A DNA stretch of 64,000 bases. Source: a virus. Every line of letters starts with the position of its first letter. Position 1 is the first letter of the stretch. This document shows, in pieces, positions 51,268 to 61,739 of the stretch. The stretch lies in IMG/VR virus record IMGVR_UViG_3300045988_171102. One strand, given 5' to 3'. The translations under genes and the position numbers were made by a program. The notes beneath the pieces were generated by a model. It was given only the letters and a program-made list of their open reading frames with translations. It made no database searches and was not told the DNA's origin.

Positions 51268-53849
51268 TGCAAACACGAAATTACGCACAAGAGACTCCCG
51301 ACATGGTGTTGTATAGACAGAATAAAAAGACCTCACTTGGCTATGTCAAAAATATACACAATTGGACTGCTGATTATAATTTTGGGACAGCTTCGGAAAT
51401 GAGTTTTGAAGTACCCAAAAAAGTTTATGACACTCGTACCAACAGTTGGATGGATAATCCCAATTATGATAATCTAAAGCCTGATATGCTTTTGTATCTC
51501 AACGATTCAACTGAGTATTTTAAATTTACTGGAGAAAGTTATTATTCAGATTATATGTATATTTTAAAAGGCGGCGGTACACGAAAAGATTATGAGTTGT
51601 CATTTGATGTCAATACAGCAATTAGCAATTTCAGAATTAAAAATGAAACTATGCTTTTTGATATCGGCACTACATACGGTTACGAGTGGGTATGGGGCGG
51701 CACTATTAATGATGGGATATTTGAAGATTATTCAGAAAGCTTAGACTTGTACAAGCAAGGATGGTATACTTACCAGTATTTAGCCTGTAAAAGTTTTATA
51801 CCTGTGCATAAAGGCGATGTCATTGCAACAAAATGTTTTAACGGTGACACTCTGCGGTACTCATTTAAAATTCATTACTATAAGGAAGCTAACGCAGATA
51901 GCTGGCTTAAATCTGATGATAATTATTATCATGAATCATCGAAACAACCATTCCGAAGATGTGTAGATTTTACAGTAAGAGATAGCGATGGCAACATTGA
52001 AAACAATACTGATACTATTGACGAAGGGTATATCCGAATAAGTCTTGTATGTAGTCAAGCAACATATAGCGATAATACTTATCGTACATATATTCCCAAT
52101 GCCTCTTGGGTGCAAATTTTTTCAAGAGAAAGACTGTGTACACACTTTGAAACAAATAAAAACAAAAACTATGGCATACGAAATGTATGGTGGGTTATTA
52201 CTAACACAGAAGAAATAAATGATAACGGAAGTAATGCTGTGCTAAAAGTAACAGCCCAGTCTTATGAGATAACTTTATCAAAAAGAGCGTTTTCTTTATC
52301 AAACAGTACATTACCACTATTTGTGCCTGATCATATTAACGACCTTGTTACCAGTGATAATTGGTATTACGATTGTTATGGCAACACAAGACATAAGCAA
52401 AAGTTTGTCCGAGGATTGCTGAATCAAATACTTGACTATCTTCCACAATGGAAAATAGGATATGTTTCTCAAGCCGTGTGTGTTAGGTATAGAACACTTG
52501 ACGATGTTGATAATGCAAATGTTTATACTTTTTTAAATAATGATATCGCTTCGTCATACCAATGCTATTTCATTTTTGATTCAGAAAATATGACAATTAA
52601 TATAATAGATGGAAACATAGAGACAGAAGAGCGGCGGTATTATAATACTGATGAAAAATATTTAGGCACTCATTCCAAGGCAATATTAACATGGCAAAAT
52701 GCAATCAAAAATACGAATGTTCACACAACTGATGATAGGTGCATTAGTGCATTAAGAGTGCATACATCTAACGATCAATACGGATTAGGGTTAATCAACC
52801 CTACGGGAAATAATATATTGTACAATTTTAGTAATATTGAAAATCAATTAGATTATGTGGCTGATGACACTAAAAATAGAACCTTAAAAGAAGCTCTTAC
52901 GGTGTGGCAAACAAACATTGAAAAACAGTCTGTAAAATATGCTAATAACGGGGCATTATTGATTGAGTGCAATAAGAAGAAAATAGAGCAAGCTTCTAAA
53001 GTGTCAAAAGCTTTAACAACATACTTAACAGTCGCAGATACAATTAATACACATCTAATAGACAAATATGGGTTTAGTGACAAACCGCTCCCTAACTCTT
53101 CAAGTGGAGAGTTGCGTTATGCTTATCAAGTTCTTGTAGATGACCATGTGCGTATTCCGAGTGGAATGAGAAACCCACCATACGATTACATCAATTACGA
53201 TTGCTATTACTCCAAATCTTTATATACAAAATTGTATTCGGCAGCAGAGACATATTGGAATACAAAAAATGATTATGATAACGCAGTAACCAAATATAAC
53301 ACATGTTATAACAAGATGCAAACAGTAGCTAAAAAGTTTACACTGAATTACAAAACGGCAATTCAGGCAAACAAAGACGGGATTGCAACAATCCTCTCCC
53401 CCGCTGAAATTTTAGAACTTCAAAATTACATTACTGAAGGAGATTGGACAAATGACAATGTTGTATTTAGTGATACCTATTCCGCTAATGATATTATAAC
53501 AACATTGCAAGAAGTAATGGTTCAGGCTAAATCTGACCACGACAATTATCTCAGCAAGCAGTGCTATGAATTTGAGATTGAATCGGCGAACATATTGACG
53601 ATTCCCGAAATGAAGGATAACATTGCAGATTTAACACTTGGTGCAGCACTATCTCTTGAAGTAAAAGACGGTGATTGGCAGTATCCTATTTTGCTTTCAA
53701 TTCATATAAATTATGATGATGTATCAGATTTCAGTTTGACATTTAATACAAACTATTCCGCCAAGCCTCTCAAGAAGAGATTTATTGATTGTTTCAATAC
53801 GATTTCACAAACAAGTGTTAGAAATACAACATTTAATTTTACAGAATAA
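51264..53849 (+). CDS. Tail-associated (Tal/prophage tail endopeptidase-like) baseplate hub protein (861 aa)
   Basis: Position after Dit, size, and an overlapping start. Confidence 0.6.
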   Translation: MMQTRNYAQETPDMVLYRQNKKTSLGYVKNIHNWTADYNFGTASEMSFEVPKKVYDTRTNSWMDNPNYDNLKPDMLLYLNDSTEYFKFTGESYYSDYMYILKGGGTRKDYELSFDVNTAISNFRIKNETMLFDIGTTYGYEWVWGGTINDGIFEDYSESLDLYKQGWYTYQYLACKSFIPVHKGDVIATKCFNGDTLRYSFKIHYYKEANADSWLKSDDNYYHESSKQPFRRCVDFTVRDSDGNIENNTDTIDEGYIRISLVCSQATYSDNTYRTYIPNASWVQIFSRERLCTHFETNKNKNYGIRNVWWVITNTEEINDNGSNAVLKVTAQSYEITLSKRAFSLSNSTLPLFVPDHINDLVTSDNWYYDCYGNTRHKQKFVRGLLNQILDYLPQWKIGYVSQAVCVRYRTLDDVDNANVYTFLNNDIASSYQCYFIFDSENMTINIIDGNIETEERRYYNTDEKYLGTHSKAILTWQNAIKNTNVHTTDDRCISALRVHTSNDQYGLGLINPTGNNILYNFSNIENQLDYVADDTKNRTLKEALTVWQTNIEKQSVKYANNGALLIECNKKKIEQASKVSKALTTYLTVADTINTHLIDKYGFSDKPLPNSSSGELRYAYQVLVDDHVRIPSGMRNPPYDYINYDCYYSKSLYTKLYSAAETYWNTKNDYDNAVTKYNTCYNKMQTVAKKFTLNYKTAIQANKDGIATILSPAEILELQNYITEGDWTNDNVVFSDTYSANDIITTLQEVMVQAKSDHDNYLSKQCYEFEIESANILTIPEMKDNIADLTLGAALSLEVKDGDWQYPILLSIHINYDDVSDFSLTFNTNYSAKPLKKRFIDCFNTISQTSVRNTTFNFTE

Positions 53850-53863
53850 TAGGTGGTGATTAT

Positions 53864-56800
53864 ATGATTATTAGACATTTAAGCATTGACTGTGCTTATA
53901 TTAATAAGGTTCTTGAACCAATCACACAAAGAGAACACGGTGTGACTGAGTTTGAAATTGAGATTAAAAATCACGGTGCTGATATCGACCTTTCAGAATG
54001 TACGCTTGCCACCTATTATGGATTAAAACCAGATGAGCATAAAGTAGGTGTTGAATGCAGAGTAGATAAAGATAAAGGTCTGATTTATTTACCTTTGTAT
54101 TTACAGATGACAACGGCTGAAGGTGTGCTAAAAGGTATTGTAGAATTACAGTTCCCTGAAGGTAATGTAAGATTTTCAGGCGTTAATTTTAAGGTTTCTT
54201 TTGCACCAGATGATACAAAGGTTGAAAGCACTGATGATTTTAATGTCTTAGAAAACTTTATCCCTAAACCGACTATAGACGGTGTTGTCGGACAGGTATT
54301 GTCTATAGACAGTGACGGTAACACTATTTGGCGAACACTTAAAGAGTTTGACGGTGATTATGCGCATTTGAGCAATAGACCTTCTATCAATGGTGTTGAA
54401 CTTAACGGAGATAAGTCGCTTGAAGATTTGAACATTAAGCAAACCTATACTGCTGATGATATTCCGTTTGCAGATGGCGAAACTTTCCAACAGAAACTCA
54501 ACAATGGTGAACTAAAAGGACAAGATGGTGTTTCGGGTACTGACGGAATTACTCCGCATATTGGTGATAACGGCAATTGGTTCATTGGCGAAACAGATAC
54601 AAATAAACCGTCCCAAGGTACAAACGGCGTGAACGGAAACGATGGTGTAGGTGTTACAAAATCCGAAGTTAATACAAGTGGAGAGCTTGTAATTACATAC
54701 TCGAATGGAGATTCAATAAATCTTGGCAAAATCGTAGGTAAAGACGGTCTTGACGGTACAAACGGACAAAACGGTTTATCAGCTTATGAAATCGCAAAAA
54801 ATGGTGGTTTTATTGGTACTGAAGAAGAATGGTTAAAATCTCTTAAAGGTGCTGACGGAGCTAAAGGCGAGCAAGGTGAACAAGGAATACAAGGTGCACA
54901 GGGTATTCAAGGCGAAAAAGGTGCACAGGGTATTCAAGGCGAAAAAGGTAAGGATGGCGCTGACGGTAAAACTCCAGTTAAAGGCACTGATTATTTTACT
55001 GCCGAAGATAAAACTGAATTTACTGCCGAAGTTGCCAAAAGTCTTGAGGGGAAAATAACGAACAAAGCTAACCTCGTTAACAGCTCGAATATCTTTGATT
55101 TTGATGCTTGGGCAAAGGAATTACAAAAACTAAATCCACCAGTTTTTCACGGTAAGCTTGATGAATTGAATTTTGACGAAAAATCAATTACCATTACCCC
55201 TACAGAAAGAGACACTTATACGAATGGTTGGCAATTAAATTACACCAAAGTAATGAAAATAAGTGTAAAACCGAATACTAAATATTTGATTTGTTGGCTT
55301 ACAAATAACAGTAGCAGCAATGTTGTTTGTTTTTTTAACGGAATCACTACCAATAATGTAACAATTCGGGGTGGTAAAGGAACATTTGTCACAAACAATG
55401 ATACATCATTTATAACGCTTAGGTGTGGTAGCTATAGTAATAGTACTTTCAAGGTTTCCAAAATTATGATTACCGAAAAAGAATCAATCTATTTACCAAA
55501 TAAAGTTGCAGAAGGTGTCCCAGAGGTTGCAAACGAAGTTTTGACATTTAAAAAGACAACCCAAGAGGTTGAGGACATTAAGGCATATATAGGTTACACC
55601 GATGATGACATAGTAGGACTTTGTGTTGACTACGAGAACAAGACATTCACTCGACTTGCTGGTGCAGTCGGACTGTCACAGGGAGCAGACTTTGATAAAT
55701 TCACAATGTACGGCGGAAGAAAACGCTGTAATGTGTTGGACGACGGAACTATCGTGGCATACTACGGCGACGAAGGTTACACAGAGGACGGCTCCAACGG
55801 GCAGGTTATGGTTTTTCAGCCGAAATTCTATTATAAAGTTGTTCCACTCAAATTAGAAAAAAACAACGATTCAAGCATCGGCTATCATCTAAGAAAAGTG
55901 AACTATTATGTAAGCTCGAAACCCAAAACAGGCTTTAAGTTGCACCCTGCATTCTTTGATGAAAACGGCAATGCGGTTGATTATATTCTATTTTCAGCTG
56001 ATGAGGGCAGTATGTTTGATGTTTCCGCAGGAGCTTATGTTAATGATAATGTTGATGAGTCTATCACTTACGAGGACGGTGATTTACTTTGCTCGGTTGC
56101 GGGGAAGAAATCTATCAGTGGCTTAAGAAAAGGACTTGGAACTAAGTCAAACCTTGAACAAATGGCACAAAACCGTGGTTCAGGCTGGCACTTGGAAACT
56201 ATTAAGGCAACAAGTGCAAATCAACTTCTGATGATTATTGAACTCGGCACTATGAACTCGCAGACAGGCATCGGTCAGGGTATTGTCAGCATCACCGATA
56301 ACAAGGCATATAACTGTTCAAGTTTGACAGGTTCAACCGCTGAACTTGGTAACAGCACAGGTCAGGCAACTGAAACCGTTAATGAAATAGGCGGTACGGA
56401 AACAACCTACAATGTAAACGGTAAAGTTTCCGTTACATATCGTGGCGTTGAAAATCCTTACGGTAACATCTTTAAGCACATTCAAGGTGTGAATGTTTGG
56501 GGCGACGGCTCTATGTGTGGCGGTCAGCCCTATGTTGCAAATAATTTCACATTCAATGAATCGAAAAACTCTGATAATTATGAAGGAGTTGGATTTACGC
56601 TTCCCAATGCAAATGGTTACATAAATGCAATGGGTTACGGCAAAGAAGAATATGACTGGCTTTTACTGCCTTCGGAAATTGGTGGCACATCTGCACTTCC
56701 TGTTGGTGATTTCTTCTATGTTACATCAGATTTGAACGATTACCGCATCGTACTTGGGGGCGGTAGTTGGAATTATGGTAGTTTTGATGGTAGTTTCTTT

Positions 56801-56881
56801 GGGCGTTGTGGCTACAATGTCGGTTCTCGTGACAGAAGCGCTGGCGGTCGCTTACTGTATGTGCCAACTGCCAAAGTATAA
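53864..56881 (+). CDS. Tail fibre with collagen-like Gly-X-Y repeats (1005 aa)
   Basis: Contains GADGAKGEQGEQGIQGAQGIQGEKGAQGIQGEKGKDGADGKT and several shorter G-X-Y runs. Confidence 0.75.
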   Translation: MIIRHLSIDCAYINKVLEPITQREHGVTEFEIEIKNHGADIDLSECTLATYYGLKPDEHKVGVECRVDKDKGLIYLPLYLQMTTAEGVLKGIVELQFPEGNVRFSGVNFKVSFAPDDTKVESTDDFNVLENFIPKPTIDGVVGQVLSIDSDGNTIWRTLKEFDGDYAHLSNRPSINGVELNGDKSLEDLNIKQTYTADDIPFADGETFQQKLNNGELKGQDGVSGTDGITPHIGDNGNWFIGETDTNKPSQGTNGVNGNDGVGVTKSEVNTSGELVITYSNGDSINLGKIVGKDGLDGTNGQNGLSAYEIAKNGGFIGTEEEWLKSLKGADGAKGEQGEQGIQGAQGIQGEKGAQGIQGEKGKDGADGKTPVKGTDYFTAEDKTEFTAEVAKSLEGKITNKANLVNSSNIFDFDAWAKELQKLNPPVFHGKLDELNFDEKSITITPTERDTYTNGWQLNYTKVMKISVKPNTKYLICWLTNNSSSNVVCFFNGITTNNVTIRGGKGTFVTNNDTSFITLRCGSYSNSTFKVSKIMITEKESIYLPNKVAEGVPEVANEVLTFKKTTQEVEDIKAYIGYTDDDIVGLCVDYENKTFTRLAGAVGLSQGADFDKFTMYGGRKRCNVLDDGTIVAYYGDEGYTEDGSNGQVMVFQPKFYYKVVPLKLEKNNDSSIGYHLRKVNYYVSSKPKTGFKLHPAFFDENGNAVDYILFSADEGSMFDVSAGAYVNDNVDESITYEDGDLLCSVAGKKSISGLRKGLGTKSNLEQMAQNRGSGWHLETIKATSANQLLMIIELGTMNSQTGIGQGIVSITDNKAYNCSSLTGSTAELGNSTGQATETVNEIGGTETTYNVNGKVSVTYRGVENPYGNIFKHIQGVNVWGDGSMCGGQPYVANNFTFNESKNSDNYEGVGFTLPNANGYINAMGYGKEEYDWLLLPSEIGGTSALPVGDFFYVTSDLNDYRIVLGGGSWNYGSFDGSFFGRCGYNVGSRDRSAGGRLLYVPTAKV
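54893..54946 (+). repeat. Perfect 27-bp tandem duplication inside the collagen-like segment
   Basis: GGTGCACAGGGTATTCAAGGCGAAAAA occurs twice, at 54893-54919 and 54920-54946. Confidence 0.85.
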
Positions 56882-56893
56882 GGAGGAATAGTT

Positions 56894-57160
56894 ATGATTG
56901 ATTACGGAGCGGTAAGAAGCACGGTAAAGCCTGATGCAGTCGAAATTGACGAATATTCGGTGTGGTTGAACAGCGATATCAAAGAAATTGAGATGCAGTC
57001 AGAAGATAAAACTCATACCGAGTATGAATTTAATCAGGTACGCTACACCAAAGACGAGTACATTAAGCTGATTGATGAAAGAAACACAACACTCGAATCA
57101 CAGCTTACCGACACTCAGCTTGCACTATGCGAAATATACGAAGGGATTACAAAGGAATGA
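56894..57160 (+). CDS. Small tail-fibre-associated protein (88 aa)
   Basis: ORF track entry with an AAGGAGGAA RBS, lying between the fibre genes. Confidence 0.6.
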   Translation: MIDYGAVRSTVKPDAVEIDEYSVWLNSDIKEIEMQSEDKTHTEYEFNQVRYTKDEYIKLIDERNTTLESQLTDTQLALCEIYEGITKE

Positions 57161-57165
57161 TGTAA

Positions 57166-57267
57166 ATGGCAAAAATTTATGCGGAATTAATCCGTAAAGG
57201 ATTCAAAACTATTGATGATGTACCCGAAAAAATCAGGGCGAAGGTGCAGGAAATCTTAAATAATTAA
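57166..57267 (+). CDS. XkdX-like very small protein (33 aa)
   Basis: MAKIYAELIRKGFKTIDDVPEKIRAKVQEILNN. Its position matches the short ORFs commonly found after fibre genes in Firmicutes phages. Confidence 0.4.
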   Translation: MAKIYAELIRKGFKTIDDVPEKIRAKVQEILNN

Positions 57268-57370
57268 AGAGGAGGGTTTTAAAGCCAAATTATTCGTTAT
57301 AGTGTACAAGTAATGTTTCTATGCAAGAAACTATGATACACATATTAACGAAGTGATAAGGAGGAAAATA

Positions 57371-59824
57371 ATGAAAACCTACAATAAAATATATACAGTA
57401 CATGCTTGGAAAGACAACAACAAGTTTTTTACTGTGACACAAGGCGAGGGTGGTATCAAATATCCTCGCCTTATGGTCGTGGATGATAAAGGAGCAATCG
57501 ACTTAACTGGTTCGGCAGTTACATACACAATAACTCTCCCTCGTGGTTCTGAAGAAATTGTTGACGCAACAATTATAGATGCTAAACGAGGCGTTGTTGA
57601 GTTTGAAGTTAAACCCTCTATGACTGCTTATGCAGGTGTGGGTGAAGGCGAACTTAATATCACCATTGATAACAAGGTTTTGAAAATTAGCGGTATTAAT
57701 CTTACTATTAGCAAGTCAACCAGTGGTCGTGCAATTGAAGCAAGTGAACAGTTTAGTGCATTATTAACCTTGATATCCAAATATTCTAACATCAATCCTG
57801 AAAACAAGGATTGGAAGATTTTGGATAATTCTGATATTACGGACACGGCTAAGAATTATCCAAGCATTCAATATCTCCTAAATAATTTTTGGAGTAATAA
57901 TAATTTTTCGCTATTGAGTGCAACTGCGTATGGTGTTAGTAATTCAGGAGTAGTGACAAGTTTATCGAAAATACCGACAGCTTTGCTAAGCAAAAGATGT
58001 CTTTATTTTCCAGCAGGTACTTATAAGTGCAATGGTATTGCTTTGTCTAATATTGATGACTTGACCATTATTTGTGATAATGCTAATTTTGTATTTTACA
58101 ATCAAGCTACTAATTCGACAGACGCTGCTGAAACGACTGTGCAAGGTTCGTTTTTTAAGTTTAGTAATTGTAATAATTTAACAATTATCGGGGGTTGTTT
58201 CGATGGACAACACAAAGTGTCTCAGTGTATTACATTAGTTGGTTGCCAAAACAGTAATATCACAAATGCAACCATTAAAGGTGCAGGAAACAAAGCATCT
58301 TCATTTGCTGCTGGCATTAATTTAATTAGAGATTGTTCTCAGTTTAATATCAATAATGTTATTGTATCTGACATTAAGGCTGGTACTGTATCTGAGGATA
58401 CATTTATTCACGCAGTCGGTATAGGAGTGTCAAGTGTTAATGGTGAGTTTAGTCAACACGGATATATCGGCAATTCTCAAATTAGCAACATTAATGGATA
58501 CAAAGTTGGCAACAAAGAGCCTGATGGAGATGGTATTTATTTAATTCAAAGACCTTCTGCTGACTGTAGTGGTGATAGTTATATTACTGTATCCAACTGC
58601 ACAATTACTGACTGTGCAAAAAGAGGCATTAAAGTAAGTACAAGATATACCAACATTGACAATTGTTACATTGATATTGATGGTTGGGGTGCGGCAATTG
58701 AAGCACAATACGGTAAGATGACACTTAGAGACTCAACAATACACAATAAGTATGCAAGTTGTGTAACTCTTGATTGGGATAACGGCACTAATTATATTGA
58801 CAACTGTAAACTTTATGGAGCAGATAAAACTGAAACATCTACGCATGGAGACAAATACACTGGCAATGGCATTGTGCTTAATCAGAGACTGTCTGTAACA
58901 GGTACATATTATACCAATGAACCGTGTAGTGTTATTGTACGACATTGCACAATTGAAAATGTGACAAGTCCGTTAAGATCAGGGTATGCAGCAGGATTGA
59001 CTTATCAGTATCAGTCTATCATTTTTGACGATTGTCAAATAGGACATTATCGTGGTGCATCTGCAATTATGTTTGATGCAAGTATGATTTCGGCAATTAA
59101 TAAATTATCTTTATCTGATGTTAATTATAAGTATGGTACAACTGAAAACGAGGTACAAACTGCAAATAATCAATACTTTGGTTTAACGAATAGTGGTAAC
59201 ACTCTCGATATTGGTTCAACAACATATATTAAGCCTAATCATATGCTGTACACCAATAATCTTACAGACGATTATAATAAATTGTTTAGAATGTATGACT
59301 TGTTAGATAGCGACTTTGGTGCGCCAAAAGCTAATGTATCAGATGTGTTAGAGGATGCTCCAAATATTTTATCGTGTACTAATGGTACATATACAAGCAA
59401 AACCAATACTCACTTTAGTGTCGTAGCAACAGACAATACATTGAGTATTAAATGCGATACAGCATACACAAGTGGCAAGTCTTTCGTCTATGTTAAGCTT
59501 GATTCATTGGAATTGAAAGGCGGTACATATAATTTCTATATAGATAATATTACACCAGTTTCATCAGATGTGACAATTACTTTCGCAGATTCGTCTTATA
59601 ACATAATTGATACATCTCTGGAGTTAGCGTTGAATAAGGCTTCCAAGTCATTGATTGTAGACGGTGTAACTAAACCTATTACATATTTACGAGTTAAGCT
59701 TGCAGCGAACAAAACAATTGATATGCAATGCACTGTATCTCTTGCTAATCGCAATAAAGTCTTAAAAGGCAATCTTGAGGCAAGAGTTGCAGCGCTTGAA
59801 AAAATAATACAAACAAAGGAGTAA
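57371..59824 (+). CDS. Right-handed beta-helix (pectate-lyase-like) tailspike/receptor-binding protein (about 817 aa)
   Basis: AAGGAGGAAAA RBS before the ATG at 57371. Reiterated beta-helix rungs are visible (NCNNLTIIGGCFDG, CQNSNITNATIKG, CSQFNINNVIVSD, VSNCTITDC). Confidence 0.65.
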   Translation: MKTYNKIYTVHAWKDNNKFFTVTQGEGGIKYPRLMVVDDKGAIDLTGSAVTYTITLPRGSEEIVDATIIDAKRGVVEFEVKPSMTAYAGVGEGELNITIDNKVLKISGINLTISKSTSGRAIEASEQFSALLTLISKYSNINPENKDWKILDNSDITDTAKNYPSIQYLLNNFWSNNNFSLLSATAYGVSNSGVVTSLSKIPTALLSKRCLYFPAGTYKCNGIALSNIDDLTIICDNANFVFYNQATNSTDAAETTVQGSFFKFSNCNNLTIIGGCFDGQHKVSQCITLVGCQNSNITNATIKGAGNKASSFAAGINLIRDCSQFNINNVIVSDIKAGTVSEDTFIHAVGIGVSSVNGEFSQHGYIGNSQISNINGYKVGNKEPDGDGIYLIQRPSADCSGDSYITVSNCTITDCAKRGIKVSTRYTNIDNCYIDIDGWGAAIEAQYGKMTLRDSTIHNKYASCVTLDWDNGTNYIDNCKLYGADKTETSTHGDKYTGNGIVLNQRLSVTGTYYTNEPCSVIVRHCTIENVTSPLRSGYAAGLTYQYQSIIFDDCQIGHYRGASAIMFDASMISAINKLSLSDVNYKYGTTENEVQTANNQYFGLTNSGNTLDIGSTTYIKPNHMLYTNNLTDDYNKLFRMYDLLDSDFGAPKANVSDVLEDAPNILSCTNGTYTSKTNTHFSVVATDNTLSIKCDTAYTSGKSFVYVKLDSLELKGGTYNFYIDNITPVSSDVTITFADSSYNIIDTSLELALNKASKSLIVDGVTKPITYLRVKLAANKTIDMQCTVSLANRNKVLKGNLEARVAALEKIIQTKE

Positions 59825-59843
59825 TAACCAATGTGGTGATTGA

Positions 59844-60272
59844 ATGAGTAATGAAATAATTGAAATCATTAAGACTATTAGTGTATGCTTTGGTTGTGCT
59901 ACTGCTATATTAACAGTGTTGACTGCTATCGTCACTCCTCTACGCCGTAAAATAATCGGTTGGGTGCGAAATACAAACAACACTAATGACACAATAGAGA
60001 AACTGAACAAAATTGAAGAAATGTTAGAGTCTCACATTTCTCTTGATACAGAGAAGTGGGATATGTCGGTTAAGTTGGCTGAAGCAGTGAAGGCAGGTTT
60101 GAGAAATAGTATCTTAGAGTTGTGTGACAAGTGCATTGCAAAAAATAGTATCACTTCGATACAAAAGCTCAATTTGATTGACCTGTATAAAGAGTATCAC
60201 AATCTCGGAGGAGACACATATTGTACTGATAGATATAAACTGGCATTACATTTGCCAGAAAAGAATATTTAA
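59844..60272 (+). CDS. N-terminally membrane-anchored protein in the lysis module (142 aa)
   Basis: ORF track entry with one TM segment (ISVCFGCATAILTVLTAIV). Confidence 0.55.
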   Translation: MSNEIIEIIKTISVCFGCATAILTVLTAIVTPLRRKIIGWVRNTNNTNDTIEKLNKIEEMLESHISLDTEKWDMSVKLAEAVKAGLRNSILELCDKCIAKNSITSIQKLNLIDLYKEYHNLGGDTYCTDRYKLALHLPEKNI

Positions 60273-60284
60273 GGAGTTGGTTAT

Positions 60285-60536
60285 ATGATTAACTGGACAG
60301 TAAGATTTAAAAATAAAACATTTTGGCTTGCACTTATTCCTGCGGCACTTCTGTTTATTCAGGCAGTAGCTAAAGTATTTGGGTTTGAGCTTGATTTTGG
60401 TGAACTTGGCAACAACCTTACGGCGGTAGTGAATACCATATTTGCTTTGCTTGCAGTGCTTGGTGTTGTGGTCGATCCTACAACTAAGGGTACATCAGAT
60501 AGTGAACAGGCTATGACTTATGGTGAGCCTAAGTAA
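60285..60536 (+). CDS. Holin (phiLC3-like family, 83 aa)
   Basis: Two TM segments and a C-terminal DPTTKGTSDSEQA motif typical of this holin family. It lies upstream of the endolysin. Confidence 0.7.
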   Translation: MINWTVRFKNKTFWLALIPAALLFIQAVAKVFGFELDFGELGNNLTAVVNTIFALLAVLGVVVDPTTKGTSDSEQAMTYGEPK

Positions 60537-60622
60537 TTAAATACAATACATAAAATTAGCACTCATCTCTTAATTGAGGTGGGTGCTTTGTAATTTAAAA
60601 CAGATGAAGGTGAGGAATAATT

Positions 60623-60892
60623 ATGACAAATGCAAATTTTATTGAACTTGCAATATCAGAGGTACGCAGGTATGTTTTAAATCACTTAGATAAGTCAGAT
60701 GGTACACCTGTTTTTGACATTTTTGTAGTGTGGTCATGTAAGACTTTGCAAAACCACAAATGCCTTATTAGCACAACATTACACGATGGTATGTACTACG
60801 AATGCACATACAATGGCGATAAAAACGAAATGTATCTTGACGCATACAAAAAGTTTGAAAACAAAAAAATTATTTGTGAAAGCGAGGAATAA
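60623..60892 (+). CDS. Hypothetical protein (89 aa)
   Basis: ORF track entry with a GGTGAGGAA RBS. Confidence 0.6.
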   Translation: MTNANFIELAISEVRRYVLNHLDKSDGTPVFDIFVVWSCKTLQNHKCLISTTLHDGMYYECTYNGDKNEMYLDAYKKFENKKIICESEE

Positions 60893-60894
60893 TT

Positions 60895-61734
60895 ATGAGT
60901 AATTCAAAACTTGTTGATTACACAAAATTAAGCCCAAACCACAGCGGTAAACGCACACACAGTATTGACCGCATTACTCCGCATTGTGTTGTAGGTCAGT
61001 GCAGTGTTGAAACCCTCGGCAATATTTTTATGAACACAGCTTGCGATGCAAGTTGTAACTATGGTATTGGTTATGATGGCAGAGTATTGCTTTGTGTTGA
61101 TGAAGGTAATCGTTCTTGGTGTAGTTCGTCAAATGCAAATGACCAGAGGGCGGTAACAATTGAATGTGCAAGTGACACAACCGCACCGTACACGATGAAT
61201 AGCAAAGTATACAACAAACTTGTTGACTTATGTGTTGACATTTGCAAGCGAAACGGCAAAACTAAACTGCTTTGGTTTGGCAATGAGAGCAAGACGCTAA
61301 ATTATTCGCCAAAGTCGAATGAAATGGTTTTAACTGTACATAGATGGTTTGCAAATAAATCCTGTCCGGGCGATTGGCTTTACAACCGTCTTGGCAATCT
61401 TGCAAAAACAGTAACTGCAAAACTTGGTGGTAAAACAACAGATACGGAGGAAGAAGAAATGATTAAATACGGTTTACATAACACAGCTATACTTGCATTC
61501 AAGAAACAGTTGATTACACTCTATAATATGGGTATCATCAAGACAAAGGTTGACAACTCGGACGGTTTCGGAGATGGCACTTTAAAGGCTGTAAAAGAAG
61601 CACAGAAAGCAGGTAAGGTCACAGTTGATGGTATTGTTGGAGAAAAGACAATCAATGCTATCTATCATCTTATTAATGACGGTATTCGAGCAAAAGACAC
61701 CAAAATCGCCAATGCTAAAAGGGCACTTGGCTGA
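60895..61734 (+). CDS. Endolysin: N-acetylmuramoyl-L-alanine amidase (Amidase_2/PGRP) with a C-terminal PG-binding domain (279 aa)
   Basis: ITPHCVVGQ and VHRWFANKSCPG give the zinc-amidase pattern. The C-terminus carries GDGTLKAVKEAQKAGKVTVDGIVGEKT. Confidence 0.8.
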   Translation: MSNSKLVDYTKLSPNHSGKRTHSIDRITPHCVVGQCSVETLGNIFMNTACDASCNYGIGYDGRVLLCVDEGNRSWCSSSNANDQRAVTIECASDTTAPYTMNSKVYNKLVDLCVDICKRNGKTKLLWFGNESKTLNYSPKSNEMVLTVHRWFANKSCPGDWLYNRLGNLAKTVTAKLGGKTTDTEEEEMIKYGLHNTAILAFKKQLITLYNMGIIKTKVDNSDGFGDGTLKAVKEAQKAGKVTVDGIVGEKTINAIYHLINDGIRAKDTKIANAKRALG

Positions 61735-61739
61735 CAGAC

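Noticed and set aside
53864-56881. Tail-fibre variability system (DGR, or shufflon-like inversion driven by the recombinase)
   Set aside because: There is no reverse transcriptase, no template/variable repeat pair and no inverted gene fragments or minus-strand fibre segments in the window.
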